DNA of 55,238 nucleotides from positions 1-55,238 of the forward strand of contig DASSQL010000367.1 of NCBI GenBank assembly GCA_035702525.1, written 5' to 3'. The stretch is from Ornithinibacter sp. Lineage in GTDB: Bacteria; Actinomycetota; Actinomycetes; Actinomycetales; Dermatophilaceae. Below the pieces are notes generated by a model. It saw only the letters and a list, made by a program, of their open reading frames with translations, was not told the origin of the DNA and did not search any database. Of the stretch, positions 11,452 to 20,755 are shown piece after piece. The position numbers and the translations under genes are program-made. Within the stretch, counting starts at the first letter, position 1. Every line of letters begins with the position of its first letter.

Positions 11452-12309
11452 GTGTTCCGCACACCGAGCAGGACCGACCAGGCCAAGGACGCCGTGGCGG
11501 CCGGCGCCGAGAAGGTGACCGACGGCGCCCAGGTCGCCGTCGACAAGGCCGCTGAGCTCAAGGTGAAGGCCGGCGAGGCCGCGACCGCCACCGCCGCCGG
11601 TGCCGCCGTCGCCAAGGAGAAGGCGTCCGACGCCGCCGAGGTCGCCCGCGACACCGCCGAGACGGTCAAGGAGTACGCGCAGGAGGCCGCGGAGACCCTC
11701 GCCCCCAAGGTCGAGCACGCCCGCGAGACGTTCGTCGAGGACGTCCTGCCCAAGCTGGCGAGCGCCCTCGCCGCGATCGCCGCCGGCGCGGCTGCCGCCA
11801 AGGAGACCGCGGTCGACGCTGCCGACCGCGCGCCCGACGCCTACGCCGTGCTGAAGGGTGACGCCGTCGCGAAGAAGGGCGGCAAGGGCAAGTGGATCCT
11901 GCTGCTCGGCGCCCTCGCCGCTGGTGCCGCGGTCATGGCCTGGCGCAAGAGCAACGAGCGCCCCGACCCCTGGGCGACCGCGGGCTCGTACACCCCGCCG
12001 AAGCCGGTCTCCGAGAAGGTCAGCGACCTCGCCGGGGCCGCCAAGGAGAAGGCCACCGAGGTCAAGGACGCCGCCGTCGACAAGGCCGGCGAGCTCAAGG
12101 ACAAGGCCACCGACGCCAAGGACGCCGCGAAGGACAAGGCGGCCGACGCCAAGGACGCCGTCGACGACAAGGTCTCGGACGCCCAGGACGCCGTCAGCGA
12201 CGCCGTCGACGAGAGCGACGACACCGCGGTTCCCGCGCTGTCGGAGACCTCCGAGGGTGCCGACCTGTCGACCCCCAACCTCGACACCGGTTCGACCGAC
12301 AAGGCCTGA
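11452..12309 (+). CDS. Ala/Lys/Asp-rich membrane-anchored hypothetical protein with 11-residue repeats
   Basis: RBS GAGGAGG; central TM (WILLLGALAAGAAVMAW); repeats such as KDKATDAKDAA; divergent from ppiA. Confidence 0.8.
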   Translation: MFRTPSRTDQAKDAVAAGAEKVTDGAQVAVDKAAELKVKAGEAATATAAGAAVAKEKASDAAEVARDTAETVKEYAQEAAETLAPKVEHARETFVEDVLPKLASALAAIAAGAAAAKETAVDAADRAPDAYAVLKGDAVAKKGGKGKWILLLGALAAGAAVMAWRKSNERPDPWATAGSYTPPKPVSEKVSDLAGAAKEKATEVKDAAVDKAGELKDKATDAKDAAKDKAADAKDAVDDKVSDAQDAVSDAVDESDDTAVPALSETSEGADLSTPNLDTGSTDKA

Positions 12310-12332
12310 CCCGCACACCAGCACCACCACGA

Positions 12333-12366
12333 ACGCCGGCCGTCCCCGACAGGGGCCGGCCGGCGT
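12333..12366 (+). terminator. GC-rich stem-loop after the 11452-12309 gene
   Basis: ACGCCGGCCG-T-CCCC / GACA loop / GGGG-C-CGGCCGGCGT: 15-bp stem with one mismatch, no long U tract. Confidence 0.6.
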
Positions 12367-12394
12367 CGTCGTGGGCCCCGGGCCGGCGCCACGA

Positions 12395-12450
12395 CCCGAG
12401 TTGGGTGCTCAACCAGCTGCCCGGGCGACCGCCTGAGCACACAGCTCGGG
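12395..12450. repeat. REP-like palindromic element, copy 1
   Basis: CCCGAGTTGGGTGCTCA-N22-TGAGCACACAGCTCGGG imperfect inverted repeat; near-identical direct copy at about 12687-12742. Confidence 0.75.
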
Positions 12451-12557
12451 CCCAAGGCTCTGGCTCCGTGGACGCACCCCCCGGCACCGGGCTCTGGTCC
12501 GTCTGCGGGAATGGCGGTGGTCTGCGGGAGTGGCGGTGCCACAGCACCGCCACCCGA

Positions 12558-12662
12558 GCAGACGGACCAGAGCGCGGCAGATGGACCAGAGCGCGGCAGA
12601 TGGACCAGAGCGTGGCAGAAGGACCGGAGCAGGGCAGGCGGACCAGAGCGGGGCATGCGGAC
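12558..12662 (+). repeat. 19-bp tandem repeat (consensus GCAGAYGGACCAGAGCGCG), five copies plus a partial copy
   Basis: Units start at 12558, 12577, 12596, 12615, 12634 and 12653, degenerating rightwards. A perfect 16-bp inverted copy lies at 12491-12506. Confidence 0.85.
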
Positions 12663-12686
12663 GCCAGGGCTGGTGTCGCCAGTTCC

Positions 12687-12742
12687 CGGGGGTCGGGTGC
12701 TCAACCGGCTGCCCGGGCGACCACCTGAGCACCCGACTCGGG
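12687..12742. repeat. REP-like palindromic element, copy 2
   Basis: GTCGGGTGCTCA-N22-TGAGCACCCGAC perfect 12-bp inverted repeat; loop ACCGGCTGCCCGGGCGACCACC almost identical to copy 1. Confidence 0.75.
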
Positions 12743-12746
12743 TACC

Positions 12747-14600
12747 TCAGAGGGTGAGGCCGTGGCCGAAGGGGAGCAGCGGGTCGTCGTAGCCGGGCAC
12801 GTCCTCGCCGTGGGCGCGCACCTGGTCCATCGACCGGGGCAGGTCGAACGGCAGCCGGCCCCGCGGTGGGATCCGCCCGGTCAGTGCCTCGAGCAGGGCG
12901 TCGTCGCTGGTGCCGTAGCTCGCGACCACGGCATCGGCGACCGGCAGCAGCGGGGTGAGCACGGCGGGCCGGTCGAGCACGACGTCGATCACGAGGCGGC
13001 AGTGCGCGGCGACCCGCTGCAGCCGCACGACCAGCCCCGGCGGGAAGTCGAGCGACCCGGCGTGGAACCACGACTCGAGGAAGAGGTCCGAGCGCGGCTC
13101 GAACGGCGCCGTCAGCCGCACCAGCGCCACGTCGGCGTCCTCCGGACGGTCCACCGGGATGCCGTGCCGCGCCACCACCTCGGGCGTCACGTTCTCGGCG
13201 TAGATCCGCAGGCCACCTGCGAGCGGGAGGACGGGCCCGGCCTCCGTCGCCTCGTTGGTGAGCACGGTGACCGAGCGGGCCTGGGCCTCGTAGCCGGCGG
13301 CCCGGAAGTCCTCACGGCCGACGATGCGGGTCGCGGCGTCCTCGTCGACGAACGGGTCGTCGAACAGCCCGAGGCGGAACTTCACGGCCAGCAGGCGCCG
13401 GGCCGACGCGTCGATGCGCGACTCGGTCACCCGACCCCGGGCGACGAGGTCGAGCAGCACCTCGACGCACTCCTCGCCCCCGAACTGGTCGGCGCCGGCG
13501 AGCAGGATGCGCTCCATCCGCTCGTGCGGGTCGAGGTGCTCGACGCCCCAGGCGCGGGCCGGCAGCACCTGGTCGCCGACGTGGTTGTCGTTGACCAGCT
13601 CCCAGTCGGTGAGCACCACGCCGTCGTAGCCGAGCTGCTCGCGCAGCAGGCCGGTGACGACCTGGGCGTTGAAGCCGAACCCGACCTCCTCGATCGGCAC
13701 GCCGTCGACCTCGAGGCCGACCGGCATCCCGTAATAGGGCATGACCGCGGCGGTCCCGGCCGCGATGACGGCTGGGAAGGGTGCCAGGTGGTCGGCGAAC
13801 CGCCCACCGGGGTAGACCTGTTCGCGCCCGTAGGGGAAGTGCGCGTCCTCGCCGTCCTTCTGCGGGCCGCCGCCGGGGAAGTGCTTCGAGGTGCAGGCGA
13901 CGCTGTCCGGGCCGAGCACGGCGCGCTGGAAGCCCTCGAGGTAGGCCGTGCCGAGCTCGGTCACCAGCGCCGGGTCCTGGCCGAACGTGCCGGCCTGCCG
14001 GCCCCACCGGGGCTCGGTCGCCAGGTCGAGGGTGGGGTGCAGGGCGGCCCGGATGCCGACGGCCAGGTACTCCTGCCGGGCCATGTCGGCGAACTCGCGC
14101 ACGGCGTCGGCGTCGCGCAGCGCGGCCAGGCCGAGCGGCTCGGGCCACTGCGAGAACGCCTTCGCGGTGAACGAGACCCCGGCGTTCTCGATGAACGCGT
14201 GCCGGGGGTCGCTCGAGATGGTGACCGGGATGCCGTGCGGCGCGCGCTCGGCGACCGCCTGGAGGGCGTTGTGCCAGCGGGCCGCCATCCGGGGGTCGTC
14301 CAGCGCGTGCACGTTGAAGTGGTTGAGGTGCTTGTCCAGCACCACGACACTCGTCGGCGACTTGCTGATCGCGCCGGCGGCCTCGATGACCGTGCCGTCG
14401 GCTCCCGCCTCGATGACGGTGTGGAACATCAGGCCGACCTTCTCCTCCAGGCTCAGCCGGCCCAGCAGGTCCTCGACGCGCGCCTCGACGTCGAGACGGG
14501 GGTCCTCGTAGGGGTCCATCCGTCCGTTGCCGTTGAGGTCGCGGAACCGGACCCCGTCGGGGCCGACGAGCCGTGGCAGGCGCGGCAGGGGGGTGGTCAT
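12747..14600 (-). CDS. GH3 beta-glucosidase (cytoplasmic)
   Basis: LSLEEKVG, EPRWGR, KHFPG, VMPYY, LLREQLGYDGVVLTDW (nucleophile Asp), GRLPF, FGHGL; no signal peptide. Confidence 0.92.
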   Translation of the reverse strand: MTTPLPRLPRLVGPDGVRFRDLNGNGRMDPYEDPRLDVEARVEDLLGRLSLEEKVGLMFHTVIEAGADGTVIEAAGAISKSPTSVVVLDKHLNHFNVHALDDPRMAARWHNALQAVAERAPHGIPVTISSDPRHAFIENAGVSFTAKAFSQWPEPLGLAALRDADAVREFADMARQEYLAVGIRAALHPTLDLATEPRWGRQAGTFGQDPALVTELGTAYLEGFQRAVLGPDSVACTSKHFPGGGPQKDGEDAHFPYGREQVYPGGRFADHLAPFPAVIAAGTAAVMPYYGMPVGLEVDGVPIEEVGFGFNAQVVTGLLREQLGYDGVVLTDWELVNDNHVGDQVLPARAWGVEHLDPHERMERILLAGADQFGGEECVEVLLDLVARGRVTESRIDASARRLLAVKFRLGLFDDPFVDEDAATRIVGREDFRAAGYEAQARSVTVLTNEATEAGPVLPLAGGLRIYAENVTPEVVARHGIPVDRPEDADVALVRLTAPFEPRSDLFLESWFHAGSLDFPPGLVVRLQRVAAHCRLVIDVVLDRPAVLTPLLPVADAVVASYGTSDDALLEALTGRIPPRGRLPFDLPRSMDQVRAHGEDVPGYDDPLLPFGHGLTL

Positions 14601-14667
14601 CGCAGGTGGTCCCTTCTCGGACGTCGTCGGTCGATCTCGCGCGTGGTGCCCGGGCAGCGGGTCGTGG

Positions 14668-17600
14668 TCAGGACGTCCCCGGTACGACGACCTCGAGCTC
14701 GTCGCCGCCAGGGAGCAGGGCGTCCTCGAGGTCGGCCAGCTCGACGACCAGGCCGCCGCGGCGGTACGGGTTCGCCGAGCGGGTCGCCGGCAGGTCGCGC
14801 CCGCCCAGCCGGACGGCGGAGGGCCCGTGCCCCGCGCCGGCCACGCGGTAGCGGACCCGCAGCAGGCCGCCCGCTAGCGGCACGCTGGCCGTGAGGCCGT
14901 CCAGCCGGGCCGGGAGGACGGGGTCGATCTCGACCTGCCCGGCACGCCGGCGCACCCCGAGCACCGAGTGCACGACGATCCGGAGCAGCACCCCCGGCCC
15001 GGACGAGTAGACCCGCCAGCCGCCCTCCAGGCCCGTCGCGCCGGTGAGCACCTCGGCGTACCGGGCGGCGAACTCGACCCGGTCGTGGCAGGCCGCGTCC
15101 GAGCTCGACGGGTAGGTGTTCGCCTGGCGCCGTCGGGCCCCTGGCACCACGTCGACCGTGGCGGGTGGCAGCACCTGCATCAGCCCCAGCCACAGGGCGT
15201 CGGCGTCGCCCCAGCGGGCCATCGCCTCGCACCAGCGCAGGTGCGCGTGCACGTACATCAGCCCGATCTCCCGGCCGACGAAGGTCGCCGTCTCGGCACG
15301 CTGGAAGTGGCTCATCAGCCCACCGGAGTACGGCGGTGGCCGGTCGAACAGCCGCACGCCGTCCACCCCCATGAGGTGCTCACGGACCAGCGCGACGTGG
15401 TGGGCGGCCTCGACGGGGTCGAGGAGGTCGTCGCCGAGGGCGTGGATCATCTGCAGCGAGCCGTGCCGCAACCCCGTCTCGCCGTCCCGGGGGTGGACGA
15501 GCAGGCGGGTCACGGCGACCTGCCCGCGCTGGTCCGGCGGCTCGAGCCGGGCGTACCCGGCCAGCTCGCCGTCGACCAGGAGGTGCCTCTTCAGGTCGCC
15601 GGCGACGGCCGCGGCCTGGGCCCGCAGGTCGCCGACGAACTCCTCCTCACCACCCACGGTCTCCAGCCCGTCGGCGAGGGTCCGCAGGGACTGGTGGTGC
15701 AACGTCACGGTCCACGAGCTGCACATCGTCACGGCCATCGCCGGGTCGGCGGGTTGCAGCGAGTCGTTCCAGTCGCCGTGGCCGTACGCGACGAGGTGGG
15801 TCCCCGGCAGGAAGTGCTCGCGGGCGACCTCGAGCGCGCGCTCGACGTGGGTGCGCACCGTCGACGGGGGTCCGGGGTCGGCGTCGGCCGGGGCGTACCA
15901 GGGCACCTTCTCGTCGAGGAGCGTGGCGTCCCCCGACGCCTGGAGGTACCGGCCGACGGCGAGGACGGGCCAGTGCACGACGTCGCCGTGCGGCGGCTCC
16001 ATCCGGAAGTCCTCGTCCCCGGGGAGGAAGCCGAATGCCTGGGGCCAGGTGCCGTCGGTGTTCTGGGCGGCGAGGATGCGCAGGAGCAGGGCGCGCACGT
16101 CGGCCTGCCGGTCCAGGGCGAGCAGCAGCTCGACCGGGCCCTGCGTCACGTCGCGCGTCCCCCACGCACCACCGGAGTACTGCTCGAGCCCGCGCGGCGA
16201 CAGGAAGTGCACCAGGGCGTCCCGCACCAGCCAGGGCAGGCTCACGTCGAGCGCTTCCGCCTCGGACCGGGCCACGGAGCCCGGGTCGCCGCCGACGCGC
16301 AGGGCGGTGACCGCGGGCCACCAGTCGCCGGGCCGGCCCTGCTCGGCCATGTCCTCACGGTCGTCGGGCCCGGGCTCGCTCTCGGCCGCCCCCGCGGGGT
16401 CGACGGTGACCTCGACGTCGAGCCCGAGCCCGGCTCCGGTCCACAGCGTCACCACGGACGCGCCGCGGCTCTCACCGTCGCCGAACAGCGGGCCGTCGTC
16501 CCCGACGGTCAGGGGAGTGCCGCTGCGCAGCGTGATGGTCCCGGCCGGGAGCGCCACCGCGATGCCGTCGGGCCTCTCGCGGACCTCGGCCATCCCGGGG
16601 GCGGCTGGGAGCGGGTCGTCGCCGGTGGCCAGGTGCAGCGCGAGCAGCACGCGCCGCTGCGGGCCTGACGTGACGCGAACCGACATCCGCACGGTGTGGT
16701 CGGCGGTGGCTGCGGTCGTCCGCACCTCCAGCACACCACCGGCGTCCTCGCCGTCGGGGTAGAGCACGTGCACCCAGCGGGCGCCGTCCGGCGTCATCGC
16801 GAACGCGGACGGCAGGTCGAGCAGCCGCCACCGGCCTGCCACCTCCACGAACACGCGCACGCCGTGGTCGGGGTGCAGGCCGAGGTAGCCGCGGACCGTC
16901 GTCAGCACCCGGTCGTCGGAGGCGTTCCCGCGGGTCAGGTACGACAGCGGGGACCCCGTCATCCAGCACGTCACGGTGAGCGATCGGGGGTCGGGTGCAG
17001 CCGTGTCGCCGGTGCGCAGGATGGTGCCGTGGGGGCGCAGGACGCCCACCTCCTTGGCCCGGGTGACCACGTGCTCGTCGTCCGCCGTGAAGAACGACAG
17101 CAGCGTGCCGTCCTCCCGGCGCTCGACGGCGCGCCACGGTCGCGGCCAGAGCCGTTCGACCTCGGCGTCGGTCACCGGCCGCGCGGCCAGGGTGCGGTCG
17201 GGGTCGTACGCGCCGGTGGGGGCGGCGAGTGCCGCTCCGGCCGCGGTCTCCGGCTCGGGCAGCATCGCCGCGAGGACCGCCGCCACCGTGCGGGCGAGGT
17301 CGAGCGCCTGGTGGACGAAGCGGACGTCGGCGTCGGACGTGGCGTCCGGGTGGTCGGCGACCAGCAGACCGGCGAACGAGGTCGCCAGCCCTTGACCGGG
17401 CTCCAGCCGCTGCCGTTCGGTCTGCAGGGCGGCGAGGGTGTGCTCGTGCTGCCGTCGCCGCGACGGCAGGTCGCCACCGAGGCCCTCGGGGGGCAGCCCG
17501 GCCCGTGCGGCCAGCCCGTGCACGTCGATCGCGTCGGTCGCCCACGCGACCACCGGGGTCGTGCAGGCGAGCACGCACCACGGCGTCATCCCCGACTGGG

Positions 17601-18111
17601 CCAGGTTCTGGCGCACCGCGAGGGCCGTGCCGAAGCCGTCGCCGTGGAGCGGCGCGATGTCGAGGTACTGGCTCACGTACAGCTCGTTGGTGCGCAGCAT
17701 CCCGGGTGCCGCGAGGGCGACGTCATGGGTGTGCACGACGTCCACCTCACGTGCTCCGGGCCCGTCGTTGCGCACCTCCACGTGCCACGCCCAGGCGGTT
17801 CGAGTGGGGTCGAGGGTGAGCACCACCCGCCATCCGAGCCCGCCGCCGGCCCGGCCGGTGACCACGAGGGCGCCCTCGTGGGTGCGGGCGGCGGACCCCG
17901 ACCCGGCCCCGAGCATCGGCCAGCTCCGGCCGGTCGCCCGGTCGCGGAGCCACAGCTGCACCAGGGCCGGCGCGAAGGCCGAGGCACTGTGCTGGACCAG
18001 CTCGACCCGGTCGGTGCCGAGCGAGGCCGGGGCACCGCCGTCCACGAGGACCGCGCGCAGGCCGCCGGACGACTCGAGCACCCACGGCGGCCGGACCACG
18101 ACCCCGCTCAT
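14668..18111 (-). CDS. GH94 glycoside phosphorylase, 1,2-beta-oligoglucan phosphorylase (SOGP)-like
   Basis: Start trimmed to ATG 18111 (about 1147 aa). GLEQYSGGAWGTRDVTQGP, YGHGDWNDSLQP, MCSSWTV, GREIGLMYVHAHLR, GGWRVYSSGPG; size and motifs fit the SOGP subgroup. Confidence 0.8.
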   Translation of the reverse strand: MSGVVVRPPWVLESSGGLRAVLVDGGAPASLGTDRVELVQHSASAFAPALVQLWLRDRATGRSWPMLGAGSGSAARTHEGALVVTGRAGGGLGWRVVLTLDPTRTAWAWHVEVRNDGPGAREVDVVHTHDVALAAPGMLRTNELYVSQYLDIAPLHGDGFGTALAVRQNLAQSGMTPWCVLACTTPVVAWATDAIDVHGLAARAGLPPEGLGGDLPSRRRQHEHTLAALQTERQRLEPGQGLATSFAGLLVADHPDATSDADVRFVHQALDLARTVAAVLAAMLPEPETAAGAALAAPTGAYDPDRTLAARPVTDAEVERLWPRPWRAVERREDGTLLSFFTADDEHVVTRAKEVGVLRPHGTILRTGDTAAPDPRSLTVTCWMTGSPLSYLTRGNASDDRVLTTVRGYLGLHPDHGVRVFVEVAGRWRLLDLPSAFAMTPDGARWVHVLYPDGEDAGGVLEVRTTAATADHTVRMSVRVTSGPQRRVLLALHLATGDDPLPAAPGMAEVRERPDGIAVALPAGTITLRSGTPLTVGDDGPLFGDGESRGASVVTLWTGAGLGLDVEVTVDPAGAAESEPGPDDREDMAEQGRPGDWWPAVTALRVGGDPGSVARSEAEALDVSLPWLVRDALVHFLSPRGLEQYSGGAWGTRDVTQGPVELLLALDRQADVRALLLRILAAQNTDGTWPQAFGFLPGDEDFRMEPPHGDVVHWPVLAVGRYLQASGDATLLDEKVPWYAPADADPGPPSTVRTHVERALEVAREHFLPGTHLVAYGHGDWNDSLQPADPAMAVTMCSSWTVTLHHQSLRTLADGLETVGGEEEFVGDLRAQAAAVAGDLKRHLLVDGELAGYARLEPPDQRGQVAVTRLLVHPRDGETGLRHGSLQMIHALGDDLLDPVEAAHHVALVREHLMGVDGVRLFDRPPPYSGGLMSHFQRAETATFVGREIGLMYVHAHLRWCEAMARWGDADALWLGLMQVLPPATVDVVPGARRRQANTYPSSSDAACHDRVEFAARYAEVLTGATGLEGGWRVYSSGPGVLLRIVVHSVLGVRRRAGQVEIDPVLPARLDGLTASVPLAGGLLRVRYRVAGAGHGPSAVRLGGRDLPATRSANPYRRGGLVVELADLEDALLPGGDELEVVVPGTS

Positions 18112-18140
18112 CGGGTGACCTCCGTCAGCGGGCACCGCCA

Positions 18141-18178
18141 CGACGCGTGCTGCCGGGCCCAGGCGGCAGCACGCGTCG
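18141..18178 (-). terminator. Perfect 15-bp stem-loop between the GH144-like and GH94 genes
   Basis: CGACGCGTGCTGCCG-GGCCCAGG-CGGCAGCACGCGTCG; terminator or mRNA-stabilising hairpin. Confidence 0.6.
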
Positions 18179-18196
18179 CGCGTTCGTGGGGTCGGT

Positions 18197-19852
18197 TCAC
18201 TCGGCGACGATCCCGGCGCCGAACTCCTCGATGCCGATGACGGGACGCAGCGCCTTCTCGACGTCCGGGGTGCTGAACGCCTTGCGCAGCAGGCCCTTTC
18301 CGAGCACGTTGCCGAGGGCACCCATGACCATGGCCTGGTCGAGCGAGAGGTAGCGACGGGCGATGGTGCCGCTGTGCACGGCGACCGCGTCGAAGAAGCC
18401 GCCCGTGCCGTACGCACCGAGCTTGTCCTGGATGCGGATCAGGTTGGCGGTGGCGTCACCGCGCTCGAACATCATCGCCAGGAACGAGGCGTGCGGGGTG
18501 ACGACGCCGTCGCCGTAGGTCGGGTTCGGGTTCGTCGCGGGTCGGCAGTCGCCGAAGCCGACGTCGAGGTTGGTCTTCTCCTGGTCGGAGAAGTAGCCCT
18601 CGGGGTTCAGCCCGAGTGCGTCGACGCCGTACTCGCGGTAGCCACCGGCGGGGTTGCTCGACGGCGAGAAGCCCCAGTAGCCGTACTTGGCGTCCTCGAG
18701 GCCGTGCTCCCGCTCGGCGCGCACGTGCAGGGGGTGGTTGACGCCCCAGCTGCGCGGTGCCCACTTCTCCTCCGGCACGAAGACGGCCGGCATCAGCTCC
18801 TCGAACATGCTTCCGCCCCAACCGGGTACGACGTGCATGCCGCGGTAGGTGTACGCGCCCTCGTAGACGTCGATCCCCATGTAGGTACGGGTCTCGCCCA
18901 CCGGCTGCATCTCGTGCCACGACCAGTCGCAGGTCGCCGGGAAGGTGCGCCACGGCGCGAAGTAGTGGTGGCCGGGCACCTGCCCGGTGAGGATGCCGAG
19001 GTAGCTCGTGATCCGGGTCTCCGACACGATCGTGTCGTAGTGGTGGGTGGTCAGCCAGACGTCGTCGCCCCCGATGTGGGTGCCGAGGAAGGTGCCGCCG
19101 GGGCGCCCGTCGGCGAAGGGGTAGAAGCCGCCGTGCATCAGCCCGCCGGGGCGGATGCCGGCGTGGCCCGGGATCTCGCCGGCGTCGTAGAAGGCGTCCC
19201 AGCGCATCCGGTCGAAGAGGGCGGCGGCCAGCGGGGCGGCCGCGCCCCCGGCGTTCTTCACCACGAGCAGCGCGGCACCGAGCCAGCCGCTGTCGACGCT
19301 CGACACGAACGGCTCGACGTGGCTGCCGTCCTCGGGCCAGGTGTGCAGGGTCGCGCCGGTCGCGGGGTCGTACCAGTTGAAGAACATGCCGCTGGGCTCG
19401 TGGTGCTCCATCGAGGCCAGCGTCGTCAGCGTGCGGGTGAGGCGAGCCGTGCACTCACGAGCCGTGATGATGCCGAGCTCGCGGGCGACGATCGCCGACC
19501 ACAGGTAGCCGCCGATGTTGGTCGGCGAGGTGTAGCCGGAGCGGTCGCCCGCGGCCAGCGACTCCGGGATGTTGTCGGCCGGCAGGCCGGTCTCCGGGGG
19601 CGTCATCGCGGCCAGGCTCCGCCACGTGTCGCGGGCCCAGCGCTGCAGGCGGGAGTTGGAGGCTCCGGTCACGGCATCCGGCAGGGATGCCGTGCGGGTA
19701 CTCGCCTCGGCGTGCGGGCTGAGCCCGAGGGCGGCGAGCATCGCCGTGCCGCCGACGATGAAGTGGCGACGGCCGGGGGTGGCCAGGCCGCGCTGGACGC
19801 GGGGCGCGCCGGCAGGGGTGGACGAGGAGGCGGGGACGGTCTGGTCGGACAT
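18197..19852 (-). CDS. Tat-exported glucoamylase-like (alpha/alpha)6 glycoside hydrolase, GH144/Cgs-domain related; putative endo-beta-1,2-glucanase
   Basis: Start trimmed to ATG 19852. Twin-arginine signal GRRHFIVGG...AEA; motifs TSPTNIG, VSSVDSG, GGSMFEELMP, YWGFSPS, VVTPHASFLA, GFFDA, YLSLDQAM. Confidence 0.75.
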   Translation of the reverse strand: MSDQTVPASSSTPAGAPRVQRGLATPGRRHFIVGGTAMLAALGLSPHAEASTRTASLPDAVTGASNSRLQRWARDTWRSLAAMTPPETGLPADNIPESLAAGDRSGYTSPTNIGGYLWSAIVARELGIITARECTARLTRTLTTLASMEHHEPSGMFFNWYDPATGATLHTWPEDGSHVEPFVSSVDSGWLGAALLVVKNAGGAAAPLAAALFDRMRWDAFYDAGEIPGHAGIRPGGLMHGGFYPFADGRPGGTFLGTHIGGDDVWLTTHHYDTIVSETRITSYLGILTGQVPGHHYFAPWRTFPATCDWSWHEMQPVGETRTYMGIDVYEGAYTYRGMHVVPGWGGSMFEELMPAVFVPEEKWAPRSWGVNHPLHVRAEREHGLEDAKYGYWGFSPSSNPAGGYREYGVDALGLNPEGYFSDQEKTNLDVGFGDCRPATNPNPTYGDGVVTPHASFLAMMFERGDATANLIRIQDKLGAYGTGGFFDAVAVHSGTIARRYLSLDQAMVMGALGNVLGKGLLRKAFSTPDVEKALRPVIGIEEFGAGIVAE

Positions 19853-19877
19853 GGTCGGGCCTTTCGTGCGTGGGGGT

Positions 19878-19910
19878 TCACGGCCGCCCGGGGTCACCGG
19901 GCGGCCGTGA
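19878..19910 (-). terminator. Perfect 14-bp stem-loop between the ABC permease and GH144-like genes
   Basis: TCACGGCCGCCCGG-GGTCA-CCGGGCGGCCGTGA. Confidence 0.55.
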
Positions 19911-19920
19911 CGGGATGGTG

Positions 19921-20748
19921 CTACTTGATGCCGGTGGTGGCGATGCCCTCGATGACCTTGCGCTGGAACGCGAGGAAGAGCAGCAGGATGGGGATGACGA
20001 CGACCGTCGCCCCCGCGAGGAGCAGCCCGTAGTTGGTCGAGTTCTGTCCCTTGGAGTACAGGGCCAGGGCCACGGGCAGGGTGTACGTGTCCTCGGTCTG
20101 GGCCACCACCAGGGGCCACAGGAAGTTGTTCCAGCTGCCGAGGAAGGTGAGGATGCCGAGCGTCGCCAGGGCCGGCCCGCACAGCGGCAGGATGATCCGG
20201 GCGAAGATGCGCAGCTCCCCGGCGCCGTCGACCCGGCCTGCGTCGAGCAGGTCTCGGGGCAGGCCGAGGATGAACTGCCGCATCAGGAAGACGCCGAACG
20301 GCGCGGCCAGGAACGGCAGCATCAACCCCGGCAGCGTGTCGACCAGGCCGGCGTTCGCGACGAGCACGAACAGCGGCACGAAGGTGACCACGCCCGGGAT
20401 CATCAACGTCGCCAGCACCGCGACGAACACGACCTTCTTGCCTCGGAACTCGAGCATCGCCAGGGCGTAGCCGAGCATCGAGCAGAAGAGCAGGTTGCCC
20501 GCCGTCACCACGACGGCGACGATCGTCGAGTTGGCGAAGTAGGTGCCGAAGCTCAGCTGGGAGAACAGCTGGGAGTAGTTGTCGAGCGACGGGTTCTGCG
20601 GCCACCAGGTGGGTGGCACCTGGCGCAGCTCGGTCGTCGTCTTGAGGCTGCCGAGCACCATCCAGACGAACGGTGCCGCGACGACCACGACGGCGATGGT
20701 GAGCAGCACGTACAGCCACCACTTGCCCTTGGCGTTGATCGAGTTCAT
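19921..20748 (-). CDS. Carbohydrate ABC transporter permease (MalG-like)
   Basis: EAA-like loop LLDAGRVDGAG, WNNFLWPL, about six TM helices. Confidence 0.95.
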   Translation of the reverse strand: MNSINAKGKWWLYVLLTIAVVVVAAPFVWMVLGSLKTTTELRQVPPTWWPQNPSLDNYSQLFSQLSFGTYFANSTIVAVVVTAGNLLFCSMLGYALAMLEFRGKKVVFVAVLATLMIPGVVTFVPLFVLVANAGLVDTLPGLMLPFLAAPFGVFLMRQFILGLPRDLLDAGRVDGAGELRIFARIILPLCGPALATLGILTFLGSWNNFLWPLVVAQTEDTYTLPVALALYSKGQNSTNYGLLLAGATVVVIPILLLFLAFQRKVIEGIATTGIK

Positions 20749-20755
20749 GACGGCC

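Noticed and set aside
12558-12662. 19-bp repeats as a CRISPR array
   Set aside because: Units are directly adjacent with no unique spacers, are too short, and no cas genes are present.
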